DNA of 64,000 nucleotides from an uncultured bacterium (GTDB lineage: Bacteria > Bacteroidota > Bacteroidia > J057 > JADKCL01), in contig CAWUKT010000025.1 in assembly GCA_963923035.1 (NCBI GenBank), positions 2,163 to 66,162 on the forward strand. The letters are read 5' to 3'. Positions 36,109-45,507 of the stretch are shown piece by piece. The notes beneath the pieces are model-generated. The model ran no database searches. It had not been told where the DNA came from and worked only from the letters and a program-made list of their open reading frames with translations. Made by a program: the position numbers and the translations under genes. Numbering within the stretch: the stretch's first letter is position 1; every line of letters begins with the position of its first letter.

Positions 36109-38091
36109 TTACCTGCTTATAATTAGCTTTTCGTTGAATTGTCCGAGTTCGGAATCTACGCGGATGAAGTAGGCTCCGGCGGGCAAGTCAGCAGCGTTGA
36201 ACCAGACCTTGTGCTCACCCGGGGTGAAGCGGGCTTCCTTCATGACCTGGACCAATTGGCCTTGCATGTTGTAGATGGAGAAGTTGGCCTGGGTGGCTTT
36301 GTGGAATTCAACCGAGATCGCGCCAATTCCAGAGGCGGGGTTCGGGAACACACCCAGAGAGCGGCTTTCTTCGATCGGAGCAGCGGCGGAGACGCCGTTG
36401 TCGGGACCAGCAGCAGCTACGTTCAGGACTTCGTTCCGCTTGTAGTTGTCGTCGTAGCGGACGAGAGCACCTACCAGACGCATGTCGTTGATGTCAATTC
36501 CCGCGTCGAGCGTGAAACTGAACTGCTCTACGAAGACGTCGCCGGGGTTGACCGTCGAGGGGATGGTGCCGGTCTGACCGAAGCCGGTCAGGGGCAGCTG
36601 GCGCACGACGCCGTCGATGCTGCGGGAACCATGCTTCACATTGTCTTCTACTACGTAGAGGACGAAGCGCAGGTCACCCATTGCGTAGTCGACAAAGCGG
36701 GAGACCAATTGGCCGGTGACTTCGCGGGTCGCGGGATCAAACTGGTTGTAGACCTCTACGCTGACCGGGGTCAGGGCGTTCAGGCGGTTGGTTACATCGG
36801 TGTTCCAGCTGGCGGAGTTGACAACCGGATTCTGGCCGAAGGTACGGCCGGCACGGTCAACCATGCCCATCGGAATGCCCACCACGTTGAAGAAGGTGTT
36901 CAGGCCGGTGCTGTTGTTGACCAGAGAGGTAGAACCCGTCAGGTGAACCTGCACCGGGAATACCTGGTTAGGCCAGCTCGACACGAGGTCGTCGGCGTCG
37001 TCCATACCGTAAGCGGTACAGCCACAAGCGGTTCCCTGGAAGGTTTCCACGAGGATGTTCTTCGGAGCGCTGTTGCCGATCATGGTGACCAGATCGATGT
37101 CAAAGGTGTCGTTGTCGGTTTGGAGGTCGCCGTTACCATTCAGGTCGCTGATCCAAACTTTGAGGTGGTAGCCCTGGCCTGCGGTGGGGAAGTCCAGGAC
37201 GTTCGGGATGACGTATTCAAATTCACCGCCGTGGGCGGTCAGGTAGAGCGTGTTGAGGCTCTGGGTGTTGACCGGACCGTTGTCCAACTGGTAGTTGAGG
37301 TCAAAGGTGGTCACACTGTTCTTTCCGTAGTTCTTGATGGTACCGCTGAGGTCATAGGTGCCAGCGGCCAGAGAGGGGCTGATGTTGATGTCTTCGGTGC
37401 CAAGGTCCCAATCGAACTGGGTGCCGGTGCGGTAGTCAAAGACGAAGTCGTCGAGGATGACCGACTGCAGGTCGGGGAACTGGGTCATGGGCGAGCTCTG
37501 GATCATGTGGCCATCGGTTCCCGATGCGTTTTCACATCCGAGTGTTCCATCGGTGGCGAAGGGGCTGGAAACAGATTCGTCCCATACGATGTCGAAGCTG
37601 GCGCCTTCGTACAAGCGGAGGGTCATGGTGACAGAAGCGGCCGTAGACTTCCGGGTGACATTGTCCCACTGGATACAAATGACACGGTGAGGCGCAGCGC
37701 CATACTCCCAGGTGCGCACGACGCCACCGGAGTTCAATTCGAAGTCGTCCCAAAAAGCGTAAATGGCATTGTTGGGGCCGCCAGGATCCGGAATGGCAGT
37801 GTTGCTTCCGTAGCTGACGGTGGCATTCTGATCGAAGGTGATGTAACCATTGTCAGAAACCTTGTAGCCATTCACAGACTGGCCAAAGAAGTTCCAGGTG
37901 AACGGCAGGTTGATCCAGGAAGAAAGGACGTCGTCTCCTGATGTCAGAAGATCGACATTCAAATCGGTCTGGTTGTAGTCATAAGGAGGCGCAGAGCCTT
38001 CCTCATAGATGAAGAAATAGTCTTGGGCGGGGAGCAGGTTGCCCACCATGACGAGCGTACAAGCAAACAGTAATCGTCTAAGTTTTTGCAT
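36109..38091 (-). CDS. Secreted NIDO-like-domain protein with T9SS C-terminal domain
   Basis: 660 aa. Signal peptide, then WINLPFTWNFFGQSVNGYKVSDNGYITFD...FWDDFEL, which is homologous in pattern to the module in 12856-14919. Tail FPNPASGIGAISVEF...GAYFIRVDS. Confidence 0.85.
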   Translation of the reverse strand: MQKLRRLLFACTLVMVGNLLPAQDYFFIYEEGSAPPYDYNQTDLNVDLLTSGDDVLSSWINLPFTWNFFGQSVNGYKVSDNGYITFDQNATVSYGSNTAIPDPGGPNNAIYAFWDDFELNSGGVVRTWEYGAAPHRVICIQWDNVTRKSTAASVTMTLRLYEGASFDIVWDESVSSPFATDGTLGCENASGTDGHMIQSSPMTQFPDLQSVILDDFVFDYRTGTQFDWDLGTEDINISPSLAAGTYDLSGTIKNYGKNSVTTFDLNYQLDNGPVNTQSLNTLYLTAHGGEFEYVIPNVLDFPTAGQGYHLKVWISDLNGNGDLQTDNDTFDIDLVTMIGNSAPKNILVETFQGTACGCTAYGMDDADDLVSSWPNQVFPVQVHLTGSTSLVNNSTGLNTFFNVVGIPMGMVDRAGRTFGQNPVVNSASWNTDVTNRLNALTPVSVEVYNQFDPATREVTGQLVSRFVDYAMGDLRFVLYVVEDNVKHGSRSIDGVVRQLPLTGFGQTGTIPSTVNPGDVFVEQFSFTLDAGIDINDMRLVGALVRYDDNYKRNEVLNVAAAGPDNGVSAAAPIEESRSLGVFPNPASGIGAISVEFHKATQANFSIYNMQGQLVQVMKEARFTPGEHKVWFNAADLPAGAYFIRVDSELGQFNEKLIISR

Positions 38092-38569
38092 AGTCTGGAT
38101 TTCGGGTTAACAAAAAACAAGGAAAACAGAATCCTTGCCCAAAGAACGTGGGTTAGTACTCGGCGTATTCCAAACAAATGATGATAAGTAGTGTCACCAT
38201 GAATATAGGCATAAAAAGTCGTGGAATAGAAAATCAGGGATGAGTGGTGCGAATGTGGTAACCAACGGTCATTTCCCCCTCATGTTTGGTGGCCCTTTGT
38301 GAAGGAATGGTCCCCCCACCTGACTGAACGGTACATCCCTCCGGACTGGTAGCCCCAACTGCCCAAACCAACCTAAAAGCTGCGTGAAAATGGAGTCAAA
38401 TCCCTTCCCCAGGAAAATATTTCAACTTTAGAACTAATTAATTTTAGGCCTTTGGGGGGAGAGAGGGGACATTTTGACGGGGAATTCCAGATATATTCAA
38501 AATAAGGCCGAACCAAACGCCCAACTTTTTGTTTAACCTTCATTAGGAAAAAGTAAAACACAAAACGTT

Positions 38570-39325
38570 ATGGTATTTGCAGATGTACTTACATTGCCCA
38601 AGAACGACCCAGTAGCCTTTACTTTTTTCACTGGCTACATGGCGATGTTCGCGGCTTCGGTCTTCTTCTTCTTTGAGAGAGGCCGGGTCGACAACAAGTG
38701 GAAGACCTCTATGCTGGTATCCGGTCTGATTACCGGTATCGCAGCGGTCCACTACTATTACATGCGGGATTATTACCAGGCCACTGGTGAGAACCCCACC
38801 GTCCTCCGCTACATTGACTGGACCCTTACGGTGCCGTTGATGTGTATCGAATTCTATCTCCTCCTGCGTCCCGCCGGAGCAAAGAGCAGCCTCCTTGTAA
38901 AGCTAATTGGTGCCTCAGCCCTAATGCTTGTTGCCGGTTATATCGGTGAAGCATTCACGGATGGATCCATGGCTCACTCCGTTATTTGGGGTGTGATCTC
39001 CACCATCGGTTACGTTTACATCCTGTATTCGGCCTGGTTTGGTGAAATCAAGCAGCTGGCTGCTAACAACTCTTCTCCCAAAGTACAGAAAGGTATCAAG
39101 GCTCTGGCTTGGTTCGTTCTGGTTGGTTGGGCCATCTACCCGATCGGCTACATGGCCATGCCTGGTGGTTGGCTGGGTGCTGACGGCGCTGGTCTCCTCC
39201 GTCCGTCTGACCTGGACCTCGTTTACAACGTTGGTGACGCCATCAACAAGATCGGCTTCGGTCTGGTTGTCTACGGTATCGCTATCAACGAGTCCCGGAA
39301 GGCTTCTGCCGCTACCGCAGCTTAA
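38570..39325 (+). CDS. Proteorhodopsin-family light-driven proton pump (DTE motif)
   Basis: 251 aa, 7-TM pattern. RYIDWTLTVPLMCIEF gives D/T/E at the PR D97/T101/E108 equivalents. His in VHYYYM corresponds to H75. The retinal Lys is in DAINKIGFG. Met sits at the spectral-tuning position (PR 105). Confidence 0.95.
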   Translation: MVFADVLTLPKNDPVAFTFFTGYMAMFAASVFFFFERGRVDNKWKTSMLVSGLITGIAAVHYYYMRDYYQATGENPTVLRYIDWTLTVPLMCIEFYLLLRPAGAKSSLLVKLIGASALMLVAGYIGEAFTDGSMAHSVIWGVISTIGYVYILYSAWFGEIKQLAANNSSPKVQKGIKALAWFVLVGWAIYPIGYMAMPGGWLGADGAGLLRPSDLDLVYNVGDAINKIGFGLVVYGIAINESRKASAATAA

Positions 39326-39345
39326 GTTGTCCTCGATCAAGAATA

Positions 39346-39378
39346 AAAAGGGATGCCCACCGGGTTTCCCTTTTTTTC
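39346..39378 (+). terminator. Intrinsic terminator after the rhodopsin gene
   Basis: Stem AAAGGGA...TCCCTTT with inner CCC/GGG pairing, followed by a T-run (TTTTTTTC). Confidence 0.7.
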
Positions 39379-39692
39379 TTTTGTTTCCTCCAGCCCCCTC
39401 CCCTTCTTTCGTTTTTCTGATTTGTCCTATCTCTTCATTGTCCCTTCTACCTGCTGAGCGTTCCTGATTTTCCTTTCCCTTCGTCTCCTCCCTTTATTTC
39501 CCCTTCCTTTCTCTCACTCCCTTCATTTCCCCAGACCAATCCCTTCCAATTCTCCTTCCTCCATTCTTTCCCTCCAATCCATCTGACATTTTCCCACTCC
39601 CATTTACCTTCCCTCACTTATCATGCTCCTCAACCTTCCAGTGACTCCTCCCTCCTTTCGGTTAACCGTTTCTCCTATCTCACATCAATAAA
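39379..39692 (+). other. G-depleted polypyrimidine (C/T-rich) tract on the plus strand
   Basis: By direct count, purines are 15-20% per 60-nt line between 39421 and 39600, and only 3 G occur in 39481-39600. No ORF of 60 aa or more starts inside it. Confidence 0.85.
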
Positions 39693-39938
39693 ATGCCAGG
39701 TGGGAAACAGCTTGAGCAGGAAAAAAGATGCCGGGGTCAAGGGAAGACGAATGATCATAGCCGTGATGCCTCAATCCTAAAAGTACGGATCAATTCCTGG
39801 GCCCAAACTCGCTACGCCCAATTGGCGATGTACTCCTTATATAGATGGGTTGAGTTCGGAATACTGGGGCCATTCTCAGTACGCCATATCCATCCGTCCA
39901 TTTGATTGGGGAGTGGAAGATCAAAGAATTGCAGGTAA

Positions 39939-39967
39939 CAAAAAAGGGCCTCTCAAACGAGAGACCC
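39939..39967 (-). terminator. Intrinsic terminator after the lipoprotein gene
   Basis: Minus strand reads GGGTCTCTC-GTTT-GAGAGGCCC followed by TTTTTTG. Confidence 0.7.
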
Positions 39968-39994
39968 TTGTTATAATAATTATGCGTAATCGAA

Positions 39995-41893
39995 TCAGGG
40001 GCAGGTCAGGTAGTTGTTCTGCTTGACACCGTCGCGGAAGGAGTTGTTGATCTTCTTGAGGGCGCCATTGATTTGACCTTTGGTGTAGGTAGTGGAGCAG
40101 CCACCGAGTACCTTGTCGGCTTCTTCGATGAGCTCGTTAACGCTCAGGCCAGCGAATACACCGTTTCGGATGAGGAGGTTACCGAAGGCGAAGTCAGCGT
40201 TGCCGAGGTTCGGGTCAACTTCGTCAAACTTCACGTTCATCTTAGCAGTAGCCAGGCGACCAGCGAGGGTAGAAGCAAATCCACCAGTGATGCCGGGGTA
40301 GCAAGCGTTGCTGAGGTTGCCGGGGCGGCTCAGCTTGAGGCCAGCGATGGCGCCGGAACCGGAGAAGGATACGGAGATGCGGGCTACGTTGTGGGCAGCT
40401 TCACCGTTGATGAGGGTAGAGACAAACTTGTGAGAGTTGTTGCCGATCTGGGGGCATTCCCACATTTGAGTGGTTCCGTCAGCGAACTGGAAGATGATTT
40501 CGTTGTCAGCGTGGTCGTCGAGGTCGAGCATGTCGAGGCCTTCAACGGAGATGGGCTGATTGAAGTCGAAGTAGATGATACCACCAGCAGCGTCGTCATC
40601 AGGATTGTCTACGCGACCGTCGTTGTTGTTATCACGAACGTTTTCAGCGAGGATGATGACGTTTCCGAGGGCCTGATCGTTGCGGCCAGCGGGGTTGGTT
40701 CCACCGTTGCCGATGCCGGGGCCACCGTAAGCCTGGTTGGGAGTACCGAGGTCGGTGTCTCCACCAGTCGGGTTGCTGGAGTCGAAGATGATGACATCAC
40801 CGGTGCGGCCGCCGTGGTTGCTGACACCAGAGATGGTCAGGCCAACTTCGTCGTACTGGGTGGTGATGAAGGTACCTTTGGCGAGCGGAGCGCCGTTGCC
40901 ACCCGTGAGACCGTCGGTGTCGAAGTCAACTTCGAAGGACTCGGAGGGGAAAAATCCGGGGCAGAGGTTTTCGTTCGGGTTTTTGAATTTACCGTTCGGG
41001 TCAGTCAGGTTGCTGGTAAGGATTTTGCCGCCTTTGGAGGGGAGGAAGTTGTTGGCTGCCTGAGCGGAGGAGAGGGTCATGGTGTAACCGGTGGCGCAAC
41101 CGAGCTGGAGACCAGCGGGGAAAGCGGAAGCGAAGAGCTGCTCACGTACGGTACCGCCGATGCCATCCTGGCCACATACACCGTAACCGCACTGGTTGAA
41201 GGTGGTGAAGTCGAGGGTACAAACTTGGGGAGCAGTACAGGGAACGTTGCACCAGGGGGTGATCAGGCCGTTGGTAGAATTCATTTGGGGGTTGTTACCG
41301 TCATTCCACTTGGTATTGTAGAGCCATACGACGTTTTCGGTGCCGGGGAGGAACTGGTTCGGGTCAGCGCTCCAGGGGCTGATCTGACCGATGGTGATCT
41401 TGGCGAGGACGACGTCACAGTCGGTGAAGTTGGTGGCAGCGACCTGGAAAGGCCAGCTGTTGACAACCGGGTTGATGTCGTCGGTGATCCAGCGGGCGTC
41501 GATGACGGGGATGCCGTTGGGGGCGAAAGTCAAGTCGGACATTTTACCAATGTAGACTTCCTGTTTGTTGGCGTACCATCCGTACTGGAGCTGGTAGCTG
41601 ATTTCGAAGAGGTCTTCACCGTTGATGTCCTGGCCGTTCATCATCTTAACGCTCTGGGCCCAGGGGGTTCCGGTAGCGCCGTTGAGGGTAGAACCAGCTT
41701 GAGCCAGATCAAGGTCAATGATCGGGCTGCAAATTTCTTCAAGGTTACGGTGCGGGCCGAGGGCGTCAGCCTGCAGGGAGGGGGATCCGTTGTTGGCAGA
41801 GTTGTCCTTGGGAGCGACGGTGTCGGGCTTACAAGAGAAGAGCACGAACGCCGTCAGGAAGGCCAAGCTCAGTGATTTAGTCAAAGATTTCAT
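39995..41893 (-). CDS. Hypothetical lipoprotein (no T9SS CTD)
   Basis: 632 aa. Lipobox LFSC after a signal peptide (MKSLTKSLSLAFLTAFVLFSCK). Gly/Asn/Asp-rich body with no motif I can name. Ends ...NNYLTCP. Confidence 0.85.
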   Translation of the reverse strand: MKSLTKSLSLAFLTAFVLFSCKPDTVAPKDNSANNGSPSLQADALGPHRNLEEICSPIIDLDLAQAGSTLNGATGTPWAQSVKMMNGQDINGEDLFEISYQLQYGWYANKQEVYIGKMSDLTFAPNGIPVIDARWITDDINPVVNSWPFQVAATNFTDCDVVLAKITIGQISPWSADPNQFLPGTENVVWLYNTKWNDGNNPQMNSTNGLITPWCNVPCTAPQVCTLDFTTFNQCGYGVCGQDGIGGTVREQLFASAFPAGLQLGCATGYTMTLSSAQAANNFLPSKGGKILTSNLTDPNGKFKNPNENLCPGFFPSESFEVDFDTDGLTGGNGAPLAKGTFITTQYDEVGLTISGVSNHGGRTGDVIIFDSSNPTGGDTDLGTPNQAYGGPGIGNGGTNPAGRNDQALGNVIILAENVRDNNNDGRVDNPDDDAAGGIIYFDFNQPISVEGLDMLDLDDHADNEIIFQFADGTTQMWECPQIGNNSHKFVSTLINGEAAHNVARISVSFSGSGAIAGLKLSRPGNLSNACYPGITGGFASTLAGRLATAKMNVKFDEVDPNLGNADFAFGNLLIRNGVFAGLSVNELIEEADKVLGGCSTTYTKGQINGALKKINNSFRDGVKQNNYLTCP

Positions 41894-42394
41894 TACACGC
41901 GAATTAGAATGATAGAAGTTGTTGAGAGGATTATACTCAGTTACTGTAGTTCAGAGTTAGTTCGACAAAAGTCAACTTTCACCGATTACATTCCAAAGAT
42001 GCACTTCCATGTAATATTTTCCAAACAATTTTAAGAAAAATTGCACATTCACTTTTATTCTTTCCTCCACCCCCCATTTTCCGCAATCTGAGCCTTTTGG
42101 GACCCTTATGACAAAATATTATTCGGCTAAGAAGCGCTTTTATCACTAATAATGAGCTAAAAAGCCTTCCAAAGTCTCATTTCCCCGCCCTTCAAATATG
42201 TAGGAGTTTCGAGCTAGGGTCCAAAAATACAGAGCCAGGAAACCCCTCTTTTTACACACTTCTAACAAAAACCTTTCATAAATGCCCCTAATCCCACCCT
42301 TCCATAGTCAACACCACAGAAACCCTCCATGTAATAAAAAAGACTAAAATGTAAATTTTTGATTTTGCTTGATGGGAACTTCCATCAAATGAGG

Positions 42395-44365
42395 TTAGGA
42401 TTCGGACGGGAAGATGAATTCGAAGGTCGTTCCGGCCCCGACTTTGGTATACAGGGCGATCTCTCCGTTCAATCGATCCGCCAACGACTTGACAATGGCG
42501 AGCCCCAGACCGTGGGAACTCTCGCCGCCCGTGGGACGGGCACTCAGCTTCTGAAATTTCTGGAAGAGCCGCTTTTGGTCCTCGGGCGAGATCCCCGGTC
42601 CTTCATCCTTTACATATAAGGTAGGCCGTCCCCCCAATTTCCGCACTCCGACCTCCACTTCCTTGCCCGCCGGGGAGAACTTGATCGCATTCGAAATGAA
42701 GTTGTCGAGGATGCGCCCGATGTCGCGGGGATCGGTTTCAACCTGCAAATCCCCCAATTCGAGGTTGGGACGGAGGTGAATCTCCTTTTTCTGGGCGTAG
42801 GGCTGGAATGAACTGATGCGGTTGTATACAAAGTCCCGCAGAGACAGCTCTACGGAATTGCCGTTGGATTCGGGCAAGTTACTGGCCTCCGCCTCGGTGA
42901 TCATCAAGAGGTCCTGGATCAGCTCCGCTCCCCCCTCGCTGGTTTTCCCGATCAGTCCCAGCATTTCCTGCCCCTGGGCAGAAAGGCCATCTTCTGACTT
43001 CAACATGCCGAGGATGGCCATGATCTTCTGGAAAGGAGCCTTGAGGTCGTGCGCCACAAAGCCGATCAGGCCATTTTTCTCGTGCATAGCAGCTTCCAGG
43101 GCCTGGTTCTTCTGGTCGACGGCATCTTTCTGCCGCAATATTTCTTTTTGCTGAGATTTGATCTTCTCATTGGTCAGCGACAGCTCCCGGTAGGCGGTCC
43201 GAACCTTCCGGTTCAGGCGCATGTTCACGAAAAACAGCCCGCCCAGCAGCAGGGCGATGGCTCCCAAGCCCACAATCAGGGTCCACTGGAACCGTTGGCG
43301 GGATTCGAGGACCGCCTGGTCCTTTAACAACAGTTCCCGGTCCTTTTCCAGAATCTCCAACTTTGCCGCTTTCTGGTCGGCATCGAAGACTGCGATGACT
43401 TCGTTCAGCTTGTTTTCTTCCCGGCTTTGAAAAATGGAATCCTTGCGGGCATTGTAATCTTGGATGGTCTCGTAGGCCCGACGGTAATTTCCCCGGGCAT
43501 ATTCCAATTGGGACCGAAACAGGAGCGCTTCGTGGCGTTCATCAAAATAGGAGGTCCAATTCGTCGCAGCCATGGTCGAATCGAGGTATTTCTCGGCCAG
43601 TTGGTACCGCCCGAGATCGATATAGGCCATCGCTATATTGTTATAGGTATTGGGCAGTCCGGAGGGATAGGCTTCGTGCTTTAGTCGCTTGGCCTCCATG
43701 AGGTGATCCAGGGCTTCTTCGTATTGGGCCAACTCGGTCAGCAGAAAGCCATAGTTGTTGTGGACCATGGAGTTCCTGAGGAGGTTATCGGGGTCGGGAT
43801 AACGGGTCAAAATGGTCTCGTACAAATCCAGCGCCTTGCTGTTGCTGTCCATGTCGTTGTAGGCGGACGCAAGGTTGATCAGGGGATAGGAAAGCTGGGG
43901 ATTCTCCATTTGGGAGAGCAAACGGAACGAGGTGAGGAAATACTCCTCACAATTGGAGTAGAGCTTGGTGGACTTGTGGAGGTTGCCAAGGGCGTTGTAG
44001 ACCCAAGCGACCCGGTTGGTATCCTTGCGCTGACGCGCCACAGCCATACACCGCTGGTAGTTTTCGAAGGCCTGGTCAAACAGGCCGGCGGATTCGTAGA
44101 GATTTCCCAGCCGGTAGGACGAAACGCTCATCCCCCGCTTGAAATCCAGCGAATCGGAAATGTCCAGCGCCAATTTCATGGATTGAACCCGAACCGGAAG
44201 GTCATCTTTGCCCAATTCATCCTCCAGGCCCCACAATTTTTCCACCAGCACCGTATCGCGATTATTTTCTTCCAACAATTGCTTCAATTGTTCACTCCCG
44301 CTTGCAGCACACAATACTGCAGACGACGTCAACAATACCAAACAAAAAAACAATCGTTGTATCAT
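42395..44365 (-). CDS. TPR-repeat sensor histidine kinase
   Basis: 656 aa. Signal peptide, TPR-like periplasmic/extracytoplasmic repeats, one TM helix (WTLIVGLGAIALLLGGLFFV), a coiled coil, H-box HDLKAPFQKI, and HATPase_c motifs (NFISNAIKFS, VKDEGPGI, GLGLAIV). Confidence 0.9.
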   Translation of the reverse strand: MIQRLFFCLVLLTSSAVLCAASGSEQLKQLLEENNRDTVLVEKLWGLEDELGKDDLPVRVQSMKLALDISDSLDFKRGMSVSSYRLGNLYESAGLFDQAFENYQRCMAVARQRKDTNRVAWVYNALGNLHKSTKLYSNCEEYFLTSFRLLSQMENPQLSYPLINLASAYNDMDSNSKALDLYETILTRYPDPDNLLRNSMVHNNYGFLLTELAQYEEALDHLMEAKRLKHEAYPSGLPNTYNNIAMAYIDLGRYQLAEKYLDSTMAATNWTSYFDERHEALLFRSQLEYARGNYRRAYETIQDYNARKDSIFQSREENKLNEVIAVFDADQKAAKLEILEKDRELLLKDQAVLESRQRFQWTLIVGLGAIALLLGGLFFVNMRLNRKVRTAYRELSLTNEKIKSQQKEILRQKDAVDQKNQALEAAMHEKNGLIGFVAHDLKAPFQKIMAILGMLKSEDGLSAQGQEMLGLIGKTSEGGAELIQDLLMITEAEASNLPESNGNSVELSLRDFVYNRISSFQPYAQKKEIHLRPNLELGDLQVETDPRDIGRILDNFISNAIKFSPAGKEVEVGVRKLGGRPTLYVKDEGPGISPEDQKRLFQKFQKLSARPTGGESSHGLGLAIVKSLADRLNGEIALYTKVGAGTTFEFIFPSES

Positions 44366-44874
44366 CGATTTAGCTTTACGAGCCGAAAGTTGTATACTTT
44401 TTCACTTACTGAACCATCTTAAATTTAAGAATAGTTCCTGAATTACAAACTCTAAGCCTGCGCATCCGAAAGGGAGAAAAGAAGAAGGCCGCGTGCCAAC
44501 GCAGCCTCCCGACATTAGTTTATGCTAAGGCATAATGAATCAGTCTTGTATATCTTGAGCGTTTCCTTGGTCACCCAAAAGGATTTAGATGAATGAAACG
44601 CGGCATTTCGAGGTCTTGGGATTTCAGAACTTCAATAAATGAACCCAATGTGTACGATTGATCGTTTAGGGATAAACTCAATATCTATAAAATAGTTTAT
44701 CACCTTGCTTTTTTTCGAAAAAAATTCTTTCTCCGTCACCTCCACGTCCTAAAGCCCCGTTCTTTCTTTTTGCTTGTTCCCTCCATCGTTCTCCATTGTT
44801 TTGCCCTTCTCCCCTACCCGACTCCCCATTTTCCCTCAAAGCCCGGCTCAACCCTGTCCCAAACACAGACCTTC

Positions 44875-44908
44875 TATATAAGAAGGCCACAGGCTCTCGC
44901 CCGTGGCC
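44875..44908 (-). terminator. Putative terminator after the 44931-45494 gene
   Basis: Stem GGCCAC / GTGGCC (44885-44890 / 44903-44908) with a 12-nt loop. On the minus strand it is followed by TTCTTATATAG. Confidence 0.45.
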
Positions 44909-44930
44909 CTGTCGATATAAGTGTACCTTA

Positions 44931-45494
44931 TCAGTCAATTCGAATCAATTTCCCTGAGCGCACCTCCTTCCCGATTGACATCCGGTAAAGGTAGGTTCCG
45001 GGAGGAAGGCTTTGGACGTCGGCCGTGAACTCGTGGAAGCCAGGCTCGAGGCGCGTTGCGGGAAGAAGTTCCGCCACCTGCCGACCGTGCAGGTCATACA
45101 TCGCGCCCTGGACTTCCGAGTCCGTCCCCACCTGGATGGCCATGTGCAATTCACTGCGCAGGGGGTTCGGCCCAATCGAAAATGAGCCGCTCGGTTCAGC
45201 GCTACTGGCCGCCTGCTTGCAGGATTCGTCGATCCGGGCGATCAGCTCGCCCCCCGGAGCAATGGAGAAACCTTCTCCGAGGCGAATGGAATGGCATCCC
45301 GTAATCTCAAGCCGGATCGGCGCCGCAATGTGGGTGCCCTCGTCCAGAATGATTTCGTCAGCGCCTTCAATGGTGCGGTCGGTGTCGATCCGCTCCGCTT
45401 CCAGGTGAAGGCTGGGGAGTGCTGCTTTCTGCTGGGCCATCAGAACCGTGGTCCCGATGCTCACCAGCAGCAGCATGGTGAATAGTTTTTTCAT
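44931..45494 (-). CDS. Small secreted protein with T9SS C-terminal domain
   Basis: 187 aa. Signal peptide and the tail IGPNPLRSELHMAIQ...GTYLYRMSIG. It starts 13 nt downstream of the preceding gene. Confidence 0.8.
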   Translation of the reverse strand: MKKLFTMLLLVSIGTTVLMAQQKAALPSLHLEAERIDTDRTIEGADEIILDEGTHIAAPIRLEITGCHSIRLGEGFSIAPGGELIARIDESCKQAASSAEPSGSFSIGPNPLRSELHMAIQVGTDSEVQGAMYDLHGRQVAELLPATRLEPGFHEFTADVQSLPPGTYLYRMSIGKEVRSGKLIRID

Positions 45495-45507
45495 GGTCAG
45501 GTCCTCC

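Noticed and set aside
36139-37941. 600-aa plus-strand ORF opposite the 36109-38091 T9SS gene, and likewise 40073-41875 opposite the lipoprotein, 45448-46617 opposite the fibre gene, and 54417-55808 opposite lpxC/fabZ
   Set aside because: The opposite-strand proteins have signal peptides, known domains or T9SS tails. These antisense translations have none.
44569-44579. Shared 11-mer GGTCACCCAAA at 44569-44579 and 46695-46705, as a common operator upstream of minus-strand genes
   Set aside because: Many 11-mer coincidences are expected among all pairs of positions in 64 kb. The distances to the gene starts differ, at about 200 versus about 70 nt.
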